DNA of 64,000 bases from Nymphaea colorata (GCF_008831285.2 NC_045138.2:30876001-30940000), one strand, 5' to 3'; positions 1 to 12,838 are shown, counted from the first letter of the stretch. Made by a program: numbers and translations. Notes: generated by a model not told the origin, from the sequence alone.

Positions 1-133
1 ACCAGGAAGACTGCAGATCTTCCGTAGGTATAATGCCATGTGTATGTTCTACTGTGGTCAATCCACAAGAGACAAGGAACAAGCTGGAGCACATAGTTAA
101 AATTGTTCACAGTAGCTCTCCGGTTCAGGTGTC

Positions 134-2809
134 TTACACAAAGGAGTTGCCACTGTAACGTTCATCCTCGCAAGAACAAACTCCATCTTTGAAATGATGA
201 AAATGCTCAGCATCTCTAACAGTGATCTCTCTCCTTACAACCCTGGAGATGAACTTAATAGCATCATGGCAACTTCTGCACATGAAGAGGTTCTTCGTGA
301 CCCATATAGGTGTCCCAGGAACAGTGTTGATTAGACTAAATGCAACGGCTAATCTTTCGCTATGCCCACAAAATATTTCAGCCTTAGAACCTTCTATTTC
401 ACTACCGAGACCAACTTCATTCATTTTATATCCCGTGGCTTCCATTCTTTCATAGAAACCATTTAGGACTGCATGGATCTCTCTTGTTAGAGGATGAGAT
501 CTGTCTCCACTGAGAAACGCATGGACTTGCCCTTTAACCTCCACCCAACTACAACCTGGATCGACACTTAGTCCCCTGTCTCTCATAAGCCTCCTAACTT
601 TGGCTACTTCATCCCATCGACCAGCCTCAGCATAGACATTACATATTAGTATATAATAGCCTATATTATGTGGTTCCAATTCAAGTATGTAGTGCGCTGC
701 TTTCTCACCTAGTTCAACACAGCGATGGATCCTGCAGGCACCTAACAAAGCACCCCAGACAGCAGCATCAGGCTTGACTGGCATCTTCTCAATAAACTCA
801 TTTGCTTCGACCAAAAGGCCAGCACGACCCAAAAGATCCACCATGCACGCATAGTGTTTCAAAGTAGGAATGATAGAGTACTCTTTAGTCATGTTCAGGA
901 AAATCTGCCAACCTTCATTCACCATTCTGGACTTGCTACATGCACAGAGGAGAGTGACAAATGTAACTTCATCTGGAACCACACCTTCATCTTTCATTTC
1001 TTCAAACAGAGAAATTGCCTCAGACCCACAACCCTGCCTAGCGTAACCTGCTATCAAGGTGTTCCAAGCGGCCACATCCTTGCACTTCATTGTGCTGAAC
1101 AGGTTATAAGCCGTATCCATCCTAGAACAACGTACATACAAATCTAGAAGACTATTAGGTAGAAACCCTTCAAAGCTAAACCCGTTCCGCAACACATACG
1201 CGTGGATCTCCTTGCCACACTTGAGGGCTCCAAATTTGGCACAAGTTGAGATTGCCACTAATACAGTAACGTAGTTCGGTTTTAACTTACATAGCATTTG
1301 GCGGAAGAAGTTCAAAGCCTCAAAACTCTTGTGGTTGATGTGGAAGCCCATGATCATTGTGGTCCATGATATCACATTTTTCTCTTGCATTTCCTTGAAC
1401 ACTTTCACTGCCCTATCTAAAGACTTTAATTTTGAGTACATGTGTATTAGTGTATTACAAACTATGATACATGAAGTGAACCCATTCTTGTCAGCAAACT
1501 CATGAAGCTGAATGCCTTTTTCCAAAAATCCCACGGAAGCACATGAAAGAATCACCATCGCAAGTGTAATTTCATCAGGCATGACGCCCACCAATCTCAT
1601 CTCTTCATAAACTTCAACTGCCTTATCATGCATGTTGTTTCTGATATAACCACTAATCAAAGACGTCCAAGAAACTACATCCCTAAGGTTCATCCTCGAG
1701 AAAACCTCAATCCCAACCTGCAGCCTCCCAACATTAGCGTACCTCTGAATCAGTGCATTTTGGACTGAAGTCTCAACACCCATTCCTGTAACCAGTACAA
1801 ACCCGTGAATCTCTCTCCCTATTCTCTCGTCATCCAACGAAGTACAAGCTGCAATAACACTAGTCATCGTCATCACATCCGGATCAACGGACGCGACCCT
1901 CATTTCGGAAAACAATCTCAGACCTGATTCAAACAAACCATTTTCACAGTATCCCGAGATCATAGCATTCCATGAGATCCGATCTCTCCGAGGCATTCCA
2001 TCAAACACTCGGCGGGCGCTTTTGAAGTCGCCGCATTTCATATACATGGTGATCAGAGCGTTAACGACATCCACTTCCGCATCAAAACCGAAACGAATTA
2101 CGTGAACATGAACCTCCCTCCCCCTACCAAGATCGGGAAGTCCCCCAATTGCCCTTAAAACACAAGGAAACGTATACACATCCGGCCGGATTCCGACCCA
2201 CAACAACTGGTGGTACAAATTGAGTGCTTCCTCCAGAAAACCGGATTTCGCATAGCCACCCACCATAACATTCCACGAGAACACATCCCTTTCTTTCATT
2301 TTCCCGAACACAAGCCAAGCATTCAGAACCTTCCCGAGCCTCACATACATGCTCAACATACAATTACCCAAACGCAAACTCAACGGAACACATGAAGAAG
2401 AAGCAGAGATGTGGGCATGGACGGTCTCACCATGTTCGAGTGCCCTCTTCATCTCGCAGAGCCGAACGAGCGAAACGAACGTCTCCTCTTCGACGGTGGC
2501 TCTATCTTCCCTCATAGAGCCAAGAAGCTGCATGGCTTCGTCCAATCTCCCCAATAAGCATAATTGGCGAAGTTGGGAGTTGAGGTCGTGGCTGTCGGTG
2601 TCGTAGGCGGTAGACAAAGAGCTTGCCTCTGCTGCTGCTGATGGCTCCTTCCTTCTTCGAGCTGCGCACGGGAGGGTCCTAGACTTGTTGGGGAGTCGGG
2701 AAAAGGTGAGTATAGGAGGATGGAAGGGGAGATGGTGGTGGGTGGAGAGTGGGAGGTCGAGGAGGTGGAGAGGTGGCGCGCGGGAGTTCATCCGAGCGAT
2801 TCCCGCCAT
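134..2809 (-). CDS. ECB2: Chloroplast-targeted PLS-class PPR protein with E/E+/DYW-type deaminase domain; probable ortholog of Arabidopsis At1g15510 (ECB2/VAC1) plastid RNA-editing factor
   Basis: Intronless 891-aa ORF from a true ATG. Ser/Pro/His/Arg-rich transit-peptide-like N-terminus, then P-L-S PPR motifs (DVFSWNVMVGGY, PDVYTFPCVL), E domain (HYACMVDLLGRAG), PG box (PGCSWVEV), zinc signature GHSERLA...MCRSCH and HHFKDGVCSC. The non-DYW tail and the LNSQLRQLC start of the repeat tract match my recollection of the At1g15510 family. Confidence 0.9.
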   Translation of the reverse strand: MAGIARMNSRAPPLHLLDLPLSTHHHLPFHPPILTFSRLPNKSRTLPCAARRRKEPSAAAEASSLSTAYDTDSHDLNSQLRQLCLLGRLDEAMQLLGSMREDRATVEEETFVSLVRLCEMKRALEHGETVHAHISASSSCVPLSLRLGNCMLSMYVRLGKVLNAWLVFGKMKERDVFSWNVMVGGYAKSGFLEEALNLYHQLLWVGIRPDVYTFPCVLRAIGGLPDLGRGREVHVHVIRFGFDAEVDVVNALITMYMKCGDFKSARRVFDGMPRRDRISWNAMISGYCENGLFESGLRLFSEMRVASVDPDVMTMTSVIAACTSLDDERIGREIHGFVLVTGMGVETSVQNALIQRYANVGRLQVGIEVFSRMNLRDVVSWTSLISGYIRNNMHDKAVEVYEEMRLVGVMPDEITLAMVILSCASVGFLEKGIQLHEFADKNGFTSCIIVCNTLIHMYSKLKSLDRAVKVFKEMQEKNVISWTTMIMGFHINHKSFEALNFFRQMLCKLKPNYVTVLVAISTCAKFGALKCGKEIHAYVLRNGFSFEGFLPNSLLDLYVRCSRMDTAYNLFSTMKCKDVAAWNTLIAGYARQGCGSEAISLFEEMKDEGVVPDEVTFVTLLCACSKSRMVNEGWQIFLNMTKEYSIIPTLKHYACMVDLLGRAGLLVEANEFIEKMPVKPDAAVWGALLGACRIHRCVELGEKAAHYILELEPHNIGYYILICNVYAEAGRWDEVAKVRRLMRDRGLSVDPGCSWVEVKGQVHAFLSGDRSHPLTREIHAVLNGFYERMEATGYKMNEVGLGSEIEGSKAEIFCGHSERLAVAFSLINTVPGTPIWVTKNLFMCRSCHDAIKFISRVVRREITVRDAEHFHHFKDGVCSCEDERYSGNSFV

Positions 2810-3153
2810 TGCCGAGAGGCCTGAGCATTATTTTGCCTAGCTGCGTTTGGGAGGGAGACTGTGGGGCTTAGCTTGTCTTCCCCTCGAGTGCAGCCTGGGA
2901 AATATCTGTCATTATACATTTAAAACGTTAGAACGAAGTTTTTGTGTAATTTTTTAATTATTTTAAGTATTCTTACAAAAAAGTGCAGAATTATTCTTTG
3001 CCATTTTTCAGTCGATTTACTGTCAATTCTAAATTTATATGTTCAGATCTTGCGGTCCAGTCAAATTTTGATTATAGAATTAAAATTTTAGAAACAAAAG
3101 TTTACCTTAAATTGAACTTAGAACAAATTTTCAGCTTTAATTTTTTGTTTTTT

Positions 3154-3453
3154 GGGTTTGATAGTTTAGAATTTTGATTTTACGACATGTTTGATAAAAC
3201 ATGAATTAAAATTATAGAAAGAATTGATAAATTAAAACATCATGACATATAACTTAAAAAGAGATAAAAAAAATTAAAATTCTAGAATCATATTTTCATC
3301 CCTTGACTAGAATAAATAATTCTATAATTTTAATTAAAAAATAGCTTATAATTCTGGAATGAAATTTTTTTGTTTGGTAATGCAATTTTTATTTCGTCAA
3401 AAATGAGAATTTTTAACTCTAAATTCTAGAATTCCGGCATCACCAAACACCCC
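3154..3453. mobile_element. Degenerate Tourist/PIF-like MITE; a related copy lies at ~58996-59382
   Basis: Ends GGGTTTGA... and ...CACCAAACACCCC form an imperfect TIR. The internal TAATGCAATTTT-ATTTC-TCAAAA-TGAGAATTTT segment is shared with 59325-59362. Confidence 0.5.
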
Positions 3454-4350
3454 GGAGATTACACACACTCAAAGGGCGTTCAAAATTCAAAGGTGAGTTG
3501 TGTCTTAAGTCACGTCGTTCTGTAAATTTCAAAACCATGAATTTTAAGATCCTTGGTTGTTTTTCAAGTCTGTGATATCATCCGCTTCTTAAACGATGAA
3601 GCAACAATCATTTGATTTACTAATCTTGCTAACTAATCGAAAGAAAGATTTTTTTTGCAGTCGGGGCATCGACTACTGCCCTGCGCTTTTAAGTCCAGAA
3701 ATCGCACCTACATCTTTGAACCCACGGTTTAAATTAAATCGTCATTTTTGAAAGAACAAGGAATTCCCCATAGTTTTACGTTTAACCTTACGGTTCATGG
3801 TTTATAGACATAATAGTTACCTCACTTATAGTTCATGAAGGCGCAGGGATGTGAACACGCTTTTCTCCACTCCACCATCTTAGAATATGACAAACAGCTT
3901 CCATCGACTCTCTAGAGAATATTGTCACAGCGATATCTATGACACTGCAAAAGAATCCAGGTGATTCTTATCGTTAAAAGAATTATACCCAGTTTTTATA
4001 TTAGTATTCCAATTCCATATCATCTCTGAGAAAAACCAACAATTTTTTCAATGTAGATCGTTGAGAAGGCATTCATTCTAGAAATAACAACCAAGAAGGG
4101 CCTCTGCTTTCATGGCACCATCCTCGATCATCAGCAACTTGTCTAGTTATGAGACTGCAGCAGCAAGAAACTCTGTTTCAGAAGGGAGAAGCCACTGTTG
4201 GCGTGAGAGAACTGATTGCATTTTCTTTCATCTGTCATACTTATGCTTGCCTCCAGCACAATGCAAAAGAAACTACTGCAAGAAGAAGTTGATCATGCAT
4301 GATGAAATGAATTTCTTGAAAAGGGGCAAGAAATACATGTGATTCAAGCC

Positions 4351-5505
4351 TCAGAGAATGGGAGGTGAAGAGATGGCAACACCAGCTATATTAATGCCCT
4401 TCATGCCAAACTCAGGCAACTCTGCCATATGCCAATCCATCTTGAGACTGTCATAAGAAATCCATATCATATTCCATCTTCCTCCAAGGTTAGAAACTAA
4501 AATGACTCTAACAACCCCTTCCCTGTCCTCTAAACGACCAGTCAAGACTTCAAAATGCTTTCTTACGCTCTCAAGCAAACTGTGTGGTGTTCTTCCGAAC
4601 AATTTCCACTTTCTCCCATCCAGGTTTAATCCCCAAATCTCAATTTCTTTTATAACTCTTGATCTACCATCAATTGATTCAGATCTCACCACTACAAGTC
4701 TGCCATCGCCATATATGTGCAGTGGACCTGTCATGTAAGCACCAAGAAGGCCAATAGACAGGCCTTGTGAGCCATCTTCAGAACTTGGCCTGTATATAGA
4801 TGCAGCAACATTGGTCTCTAAACTGACTCCCACAATGATGGTCTCATTGAGTTGGTGAGCTGCAGTTAGGAACACCATGTTCTCCTTCACTTGTCTGGTC
4901 ATTTCTTGAGCTTCAGTGATGTTCCACATATTTGTGGTTGATCGGTAGAGGTATAGAACCGGCCCCTGGCCAAGGTCCTCAATGAACATGAACTTGAATG
5001 AACCTGAAGTGCGATTTCCGATGAGTTTCATTGAAGGTCTTCGCCAAGAAGACGTACCACGTCGCCCCAGCGGATTTGTCGGGATCTTCTGTGCGGACTT
5101 TGATACAGGGTTGGTGACTACAAGTTCCTGGCAGTTGTTGAGAGAAAATAAGAAAAACCCAGCAGAAGCTGCAAGGAGGTAGATATCTTCACCTGGAGGA
5201 ACCACTGGCTCCAGCAACTGAGCAATCGGAAATCTGAACCACCTGTTGCATGCACTGCTAAACCCAAAGATTGTAGATTTCTTGAATGGCTGTTTTTTGA
5301 AGACGAAAATCCAATTGTCTGAGCTGAGTTTGTTGTAATTTCTCCGGAATTCGACACTGGAAATCATTGAATTTAAGCCTTTGCATGCTGAACTCAGACA
5401 AATAATCTCCGGCAATGGCAGCCGGAAAAGAATGTTTTCAATGAGCTCAGAAGGAAGAACAAAGAATCCATTGAAGTCAAATGCCTGTTTCCAGTCACCT
5501 TCCAT
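4351..5505 (-). CDS. F-box protein (N-terminal F-box plus beta-rich F-box-associated/kelch-like region)
   Basis: Intronless 384-aa ORF from ATG. LPSELIENILFRLPLPEIICLSSACKGLNSMISS is a canonical F-box motif. LVVTNPVSKS and W-spaced beta strands are typical of plant F-box-associated domains. Confidence 0.85.
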   Translation of the reverse strand: MEGDWKQAFDFNGFFVLPSELIENILFRLPLPEIICLSSACKGLNSMISSVEFRRNYNKLSSDNWIFVFKKQPFKKSTIFGFSSACNRWFRFPIAQLLEPVVPPGEDIYLLAASAGFFLFSLNNCQELVVTNPVSKSAQKIPTNPLGRRGTSSWRRPSMKLIGNRTSGSFKFMFIEDLGQGPVLYLYRSTTNMWNITEAQEMTRQVKENMVFLTAAHQLNETIIVGVSLETNVAASIYRPSSEDGSQGLSIGLLGAYMTGPLHIYGDGRLVVVRSESIDGRSRVIKEIEIWGLNLDGRKWKLFGRTPHSLLESVRKHFEVLTGRLEDREGVVRVILVSNLGGRWNMIWISYDSLKMDWHMAELPEFGMKGINIAGVAISSPPIL

Positions 5506-8500
5506 CTTGCTGCTGAAGCAGGGAACTTGTTACTGTGTAAGCATGAGCTTTTCAAGCTGATGAGTCCAAGCTCACTTTCATAGACACATAAATATACAAA
5601 AAATACATACACGTAGACACATGTATTAGCTTGCTTAAAAAGAATGGAACCATAAAAATAAAGTACTTCCATACAAATAATTGATCAATAGAATAGTTGC
5701 AGAGCTTATCCTTAAACAAATAATATATGTGGCGAGTCGGCTTGAGATGTAGTTTTGTGGATGCACAAACTTCTTACTTTATTCATCATTTATGACATTA
5801 TTTCTTCTAAATTATGATGTCCACGACAGTTATGTCCAAACCACCCGTTTCTCCGTTTTTCCAGAAATACATACGCATACAGGCATCCACCAGCAAATGT
5901 GGGCCACATTGCAGGTACTTTCCACCATTTCTTTTTCACAAATATGACTCTATAGGTGGATTCAGCGGTGCCCATTTGCTATAAGCAGTCTATAGGGTCA
6001 TGTTATTTTGTCATAAAATGTTGACGCTTTGAGGTTTTTGTGGTTATGGAAATTCTGAACCATTGACCGTCCACTTCTTAAAATATGTCTGCATGTAACG
6101 TAACTGTCTGATTGTGTTGTTGGATTGATCTCCAATGGGCATCTTGTGAAGAAAAAATAGAACAATTGAAAACATTTGGTGCAATCATCAGTTTAAGTAT
6201 TTTTGTTTATATGTGTATAAGTGACCGAATTCTGCCTGTAATTTGTGAAAGTTTGTACACTGATATGTGGAACTAACTCTATAATATGGTTCCTTTTCTA
6301 CAAATGAATACTTCAATCATGTTTTTCTTAAAAAATATTTATGCAAATTTGATATATGAGAGAGGGAGAGAGCGATTGTTCAAAACTCCATTTACAGTTG
6401 TTGGGGTTTTGTATTGCTGACATGAGCATGCATGCGCATTTGTAATATAATATTTTTCATGCACGAAGGCTGTCAGGTTTTCTGTCTTTATACTATGCTA
6501 ATAGTTAACTGCCTGTCTAGAGTGCTGTCATGATGGTTGCTGCTTAAGGACATAGGCAACCAAACCAAAGAATATAAAGCATAGACAAAAAGCAGGTGCA
6601 GGGAGCAGCCAGTGGCAGGGATGCCAGTTTTCTTTGCCCTTAATAGGTTTACCAGAATAATAGCAGAATTTTAGTGGAAAGGCCTCAAGTTCGAAAACAT
6701 GCAATTCTGATGTAAGAGAAAGTTGATTGATTGAATTCTAGGGAAGACTTTATCTTGGTGTAGAAGTTCTACACTGTTTGACAGGCGACTTGCAGGCGGG
6801 TTTGTCAGAAAAGGAATTTGGAAGCAGGAGGTTTTTTAATATAATCTGGTGGAAGATGTGTCAAGAAGTCTTCCACCGTGTTTGAACGAGGAATATTCGG
6901 TTGAAATCAAAGTCAGTTTGAGAGTTCACCTCCACCATACGAGCACCCTTTAGATCTAATGTAATTAAATCTGATACCAAGAGGGCAGTTTTTTATTTAG
7001 GAAAAAAAAATCATTGGACCTTAAAAAGTAAAGTAACTTTTCTCAATGTAAAGGACCTAATTAGATTTTCTAACAATTATATAATCCATGTGGTAGCAAT
7101 CGATCCATTCCCCTTTTCTTTTGTGAGCTATACTGTCATCGTATTGTTATTTTCCTAACGTTGAAACCTCTTGCCAAACTATTGCCCTGTTGAAAAATAA
7201 AAGCAGAGACCAAGATTATTGATGCCACAGTGATGGCATGAGTACCACTAGTTTTTTATTATGAGGAAAATAGCTATCAAGTTCCTTTTGACTTTGTATG
7301 TTTAACTGTTGATGTGAGATGAAGGTGCATGTTCCACCATGGCTTTTCGCAGTGGTTGTTCATCAGAACTTGTTTGATGGACGAGAATGCAGAGAAGGAA
7401 ACACTCCAGATCTGCAACAGAGTTGAAAAGATCTGGCCGCTCACTCTCGGGACCTATACTTGCAGGGTCTATGTATACTTGTTTTGGCTTGTACAGAGAG
7501 CTGACATCAGCGAGACTCGAACTACAACTGTCGATCTAACGCTTGGGGCCTGACTCCAATTTGCCACCTTGATTCAGTCAGCCTTAATGACCTCTTCTGA
7601 ACTGCTGCACTTCTCATGTTCTCTTTAGCCTGAAAAGTAATCTTTCAACTGTAATGTACAGAAGTTCCTTTAATGGATAGATTCAGTTCACAAGAAGCCA
7701 ACCACATCACCAAATGGAGTAACGCCTGCAGCTTAATTGCCCAGAGAAGAAGGTGGCCGAATATAAGTCTGGTCTGTTCCGACCAACCATATGGACCAAC
7801 TTGTTTTCCTTTACAATCTCTGAGAGTTACCACAAGAATGCTCCTGTGCCCTCATTGCTACAGTTCAGATGGGTGAAGAAGCATCAATAAGGCTGCAGAA
7901 ACGTCCATTAATATATCAAGGAAATGAAGTTAAATGCTGGGAAATTGCCAGAGTTGGATCATTGCTGGGTCCTTGGACACGTTGTGAATGTTTGATCGAT
8001 TTCCTGCCAAAATAAAGCTACAAGAACTATTTCCGTGTCCTAATATTCTCTGAGTTTTTCCCTTCTTTCTTTTCTTGTATTTAATGTTTCCAATTCCTAT
8101 ACTAGATCAGAAGTGTTTCCTTTGGATCATTGAAACCATATGAACAGGTAACACAATCAACATCAAGCAGGTACAGGAAATCAGTTGTTGATCACTAAGA
8201 ATCACTTAATGTAGGGTTCCTTCGCCAAACTGCTGCGAATGTTCTAATACAGAAAAGAATCACAAAAAACCAGACCCACCTCTCTACCTAAGCTGGTCGA
8301 TCGGCAGCCCCACCACATAGAATGAATTAGGAGAGGCCCTATTGATGGGTCATCTTGAAATGCTGCTAGGTATCCTCACAGATAAGATAAGAGTCAGGAA
8401 AGTTTCGATCAGTATAACTTGCTCTGAACTTCCAACTTTATATTTAGCCAAAAGCACAGGTGCTTATTGAAGTGGCAGGCAACTAGGACCCGTGAAAGAA

Positions 8501-8652
8501 ACAGATTGAAGTTGTGTTTGCTTTCTTGGTAGGCAGAACAGGCTAATCTCACCAAAGTAGTTATCCTTTCCTCATTGAGTTTATATTACTTGGACAAAGT
8601 TATAGGAGCAATGGTGGAGTCACAAAAATTGACTGGTGGAGTTGGCACGGGT

Positions 8653-8656
<4 letters not shown>

Positions 8657-8740
<84 letters not shown>
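8657..8740. repeat. Compound (TA)n(GA)n microsatellite
   Basis: Directly visible. Other long (TA)n tracts occur at ~9486-9552, 13255-13309, 15386-15410, 15883-15976 ((CT)n(TA)n), 22461-22530, 25740-25809, 41961-42007, 58750-58781 and 59484-59540 ((TA)n(TTTA)n). Confidence 0.95.
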
Positions 8741-8742
<2 letters not shown>

Positions 8743-8749
<7 letters not shown>

Positions 8750-9325
8750 AATTGAATGGTGACTTTTGTTTTTTAGAGTCCCTCAACCATCTGATTTACA
8801 ATGATGGACGGTTAAAAGAAAAACAAAGAAAAAAAAAGATGATGAGTGTTTTTATCATCTACTATTTGTTCACACTTTTTTTTTTCATGTTTTTCTCTCA
8901 AACATCCATCTGCATCTGACTTTATCTTTTTAGAATCATCTTGCCATTTAATCTGCACTATCTAATCCAACATGAAGGATAATTAAGAGAAAAGTAAGGA
9001 GAAAAAGGTTACAGGCATTTTCGTCATCTAATACAAGTTTACACTTCAAAGTGCATTAGTAAGATGTCGGAAGCTTGAAAGCAAGAAGTGTAGCATCATC
9101 TAGAGAGGAAGCAAGAGCATTACTAGTATCAAGAGCAAAACAGGGCCTCACTCACCTCGAGAGAGGAGTTCATCTACTGTGAAAAAACCACTCCGTTGAA
9201 ACCCTCTACAAAATAACCATGCTTTTTCTCTTGTTTTTCTCTCAACAAACCATATGCTTTAGATGGACGACTTTAATTAGATGTCTGGGTGACTCTAGAT
9301 AACCATAGTTATTGTTCACTCACTC
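8743..9325. mobile_element. Long-TIR MITE inserted in a TA microsatellite (Mutator-like, Micron/mTA type)
   Basis: Left end GAATGAATTGAATGGTGACTTTTGTTTTTTAGAGTCCCTCAACCATCTGATTTA aligns with the reverse complement of the right end (GAGTGAGTGAACAATAACTATGGTTATCTAGAGTCACCCAGACATCTAATTAA), giving an imperfect TIR of ~55 bp. (TA)n lies on both sides. A related left end starts at ~15411, again next to (TA)n. Confidence 0.65.
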
Positions 9326-9479
9326 AATATATATATATATAGGGCCTACACCAGCCCACTTGTGGCTAGTCACTGTATAGGAGTGACTTTTATAAGCACG
9401 TTTGTTAGCAAAAAAGCTTCCAACTAAGTTAATTGGGCATGGGTGTAGGTGGGGTATTAACTTTAAAAAATATGGGTAT

Positions 9480-9555
<76 letters not shown>

Positions 9556-12022
9556 ACTTTTAAAATAAAGTGAAAACTGAGTTAGAAACAAACTAAATCA
9601 AGTAAAATTAAGTAGTTTGGGTAAATTTCAACTTAAAAAAGAGGAACCTTACCGGAGAACCTCACATGACTTAGGCTTCCATTGGTGCCAGCAAGCACTG
9701 GAAAGACAAGTCGACAAGAATAATGAAGACCACGAATTTTGTAACTACAGAACCACCGCAAGTAATACGAATATAAACTGGTAAGAATCTGCCAAACCCG
9801 GAGATCATGTAAATTAGCCCAGATTAATCGGGTTGGTACAGCTTTTACTGACTTCAACTAATCGAATTTTATTTAAATGGATTAGGAATCAGAGTCAGAT
9901 TTGGATCTAATTGTCTTAAAACCAAATTTAGATATGGCACTTACATGTAACGGAATCAGATCTTTACGGAACCCCAGCCAGATACTAAACCCGGATTCTG
10001 ATTAGATTATGAAACTATTAATTATATCTAAATTTTTTACAGGATCCAGCTAAAACAGATTCAAGATCTCAACGACGAGCAGTTCATATCGATCCATTTA
10101 CATGGATCCCAACGAAACCCCACCTTGCAGTTCCAAATAAACAAACAAATAAATCCAAGAGACAGATTCCTATGATCCAAAAGCTGATCTTCCACTACAC
10201 CAAGTTACCAACCATGGGGAGATCAGATTGAGCTGACAAATTTAATCAGAAAAGTAAAAGCTGAAAAATAAGTAAAGAACAAGAAGACTGCATGTTAGTG
10301 GGGAATGCCTTTCTTGATCTGACCAAAAGGAAAAAGAAAAGATTTCACTTGTTTTCCTTTTCAGCTTCTGTTTGCCAGCGTTGAAATATCTGCAGGCTCC
10401 ATCGCTCTACATCTTGTGCAGGAAAAGATCAACTCACGAGCTCCACAATGAACTCTTGTCCCAACATAAATGCGAAAATAAAGTGGACGTCGAGGTAAGC
10501 AGCCTTTACTGCTCCTTGGGATTGTACAATGGTACAATATAAGAATGGCGAAAAGCAAAGCGGAAAAGGCAGAAGATTCTTGCAGAAAACTGGAAGACTG
10601 AAAATTGTTCATTCACAGGGACGTACATCTATCCGAAACAAAAGAGAGATCTTCGTATGTATGGAATCTTTTAGGAGAAAGTTATGGCTTGCATGAGGAC
10701 ACAGAGAAAACAAAGAGCATGTGAAGGTGTTGTAATCGACCAATGTATAATAACAAGAAATATATTTATCTTACGGATCAATAATGCAGGAAAGAAAGCT
10801 ACATTGCACCGCTTCTGCAAAAGCGATTCTCCCACAGTCCCAGAGTTGACGAAGACTCTGCGCGGCCTGCCATTCTTGATAGTGGAATCAATGCTTTCCC
10901 TTCTTGAACTGAACTCCATAAACAGTTGCCGAAGAAGACCAGGAACACCATTGATGAATATTTGTTGTATGACAAAGAGGCCATTAATAGGTTGAATGCT
11001 TTACTCATTCAGTGCTTGTGCAGAACGCAGGTTTCCCTGAGTTCAAGGCAGCATCTGTGGCTTCATTACTGACCAATCTAGTGACTTACACCAAAGAACC
11101 AGGGTGATCTTAAAATCACAAGAAACAGGTAATTCTTCCTCAGTCATTTAAAGGGGAAAGGAGTAAAGTCTGATTGAAGTCATTGACAAAGTGGGCAAGA
11201 TCAATATGACGTGAGGCTTGGCCCTTTTCGCCAAGAAAGTGAAACTCAGTAAAAGAGCAGAGGACAAAAACTATGGTGAAAAAGGGCGTCTTCTATTTGG
11301 TATCCATTGTGTTCATATTTAAAAAGGATAATCTTTCACTTACTTTTTGCGTTTCTTCATTTCACCGCTTCTAAAAAAGGTCATTAGTCTCTCGTGTGCC
11401 TTCCATCCACGGTTCACAAAGCTTGCTTTAGGACTTACTGCGATTTAAAGAAAGAGTGCATGACAGTACAAGTAGTTGCATGATAACTTAAAAACTAGGC
11501 ATTTAAAGAAAATTTGAATTTGAAATGCCGATGTTTTTCTCTCCTTGTTAGGAATTAATGCGGGGTATATTTTAGAAGACAAAAGAATGCCATATAAAAT
11601 AAACAATGCATTACTCTTGAATTTCTAAATCCAAACTGTACATGTTAATTGAATTTCATGGGGTTTCTGACCTGAAGTAATTAACAGTCGTATTAGATTG
11701 GTTTGATCGATTATGGCTGCTTGGTTCGGACTTGCCTCTACAGACTTGGCAGGGCTGCTCAATGCAGAGGCCCGGGCTTGAGCTCGTCCTATAAAGTGAA
11801 TCGAGGCCTGGAACCTACCTGATTTGTTTGATATTTAGCATGAAATACACAAAATTAAATGCATCATAATATCTACTTTTAAACTGATTCGTGCGTATGT
11901 AATGGAGTCTAGTTGGGTAATTTGAGCCCCTGTTCATTAACAAGTCTGTCACTTAGCTCAAAGTCAGTGCATTATGGGTATTTCAAAAAAAAAAGCCAAA
12001 CCTCCCACTCTTCCCTTATCCC

Positions 12023-12221
12023 GAAGGGTGGAGACAAGGAGCCCCCATAGGGGACTTGGCACCGCTCCCTCCCCTCAATTTTTTTTTTTTTAAATTTACA
12101 TGTAAATTTTAGAAAATTTCACTTGTCATATATAAAAATTAAAAAAATGATATTTTGGCACTTGTCAAAATGTAGAAACTTTAATTCGCCCTCTCATGAA
12201 AAATTTCTGGCTCCATCCCTG
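12023..12221. mobile_element. hAT-type MITE with perfect 8-bp TSD
   Basis: TSD CTTATCCC at 12015-12022 and 12222-12229. Degenerate TIR GAAGGGTGGAGAC / GGCTCCATCCCTG. Same family as the copies at ~60858-61031 and 61721-61902 (CAGGGGCAGAGCC / TAGGGGCGGAGCC ends). Confidence 0.8.
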
Positions 12222-12838
12222 CTTATCCCTGTTGAACTTCATTAAACTTTGAATCCTGCCGCCCCAGCTGATTGGAGCTTTGACATCAAACCCTTGAGTT
12301 TTCAAATTGAAGGCAGCTATCAATGACATTGATAGAAAGGAAGTGATTAAGATGATGATGATGATGATTGATAGCCTTGATTCTCATCCACGATGGGCAT
12401 GTCCGACCCAAAGTTAAAAAGGAGGGCCAGCATATGATGATGATGACGTGATTGGCCATGGTGGGTGGCACTGTCCATGTATAGTGGCATTTCCTCGCAT
12501 GCATGGCCGATGAAGGCCCCTTCTCACATGCATGTCTTATCCTGCCTCCTCTTCCTCCCACCAAAATCCCCTTTGATGCTGATACATCCCCACCCCTCCT
12601 CCGAGGATGCCTTCAACCTTACACCAATCAACTTTTATTCATCACTAACACCCCTCCTTCGATTAAGTTCCTACGAATGAGTTAAATGTTGTTAAAAGTA
12701 CTGTAAGCCGTCACTATGTCATGAATGGTTGTCTTCTTCTACGATGGGTTTTAAATATTTTTTCATATGGTAACATTCGACAACCTGTCCATTTCAGTTC
12801 TTTTATCCATAAAATAACTTAAATGATGTCTCTCATGA

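Noticed and set aside
6971..6979. CTGATACCA (minus-strand PBS-like TGGTATCAG)
   Set aside because: No adjacent LTR end or retroelement coding motif was found. It may be chance or a very old relic.
7329..7876. Short ORFs with coding-like composition
   Set aside because: No recognisable domain in any frame I translated and no consistent splice model. Left unannotated.
8575..8919. ORFs with poly-YI/RE/SL tracts (also near 13.2, 15.8, 22.4, 25.7 and 58.7 kb)
   Set aside because: They are translations of (TA)n/(GA)n microsatellites.
10361..11008. Cluster of 69-103-aa ORFs on both strands
   Set aside because: No family motifs, and overlapping short ORFs on both strands are expected by chance.
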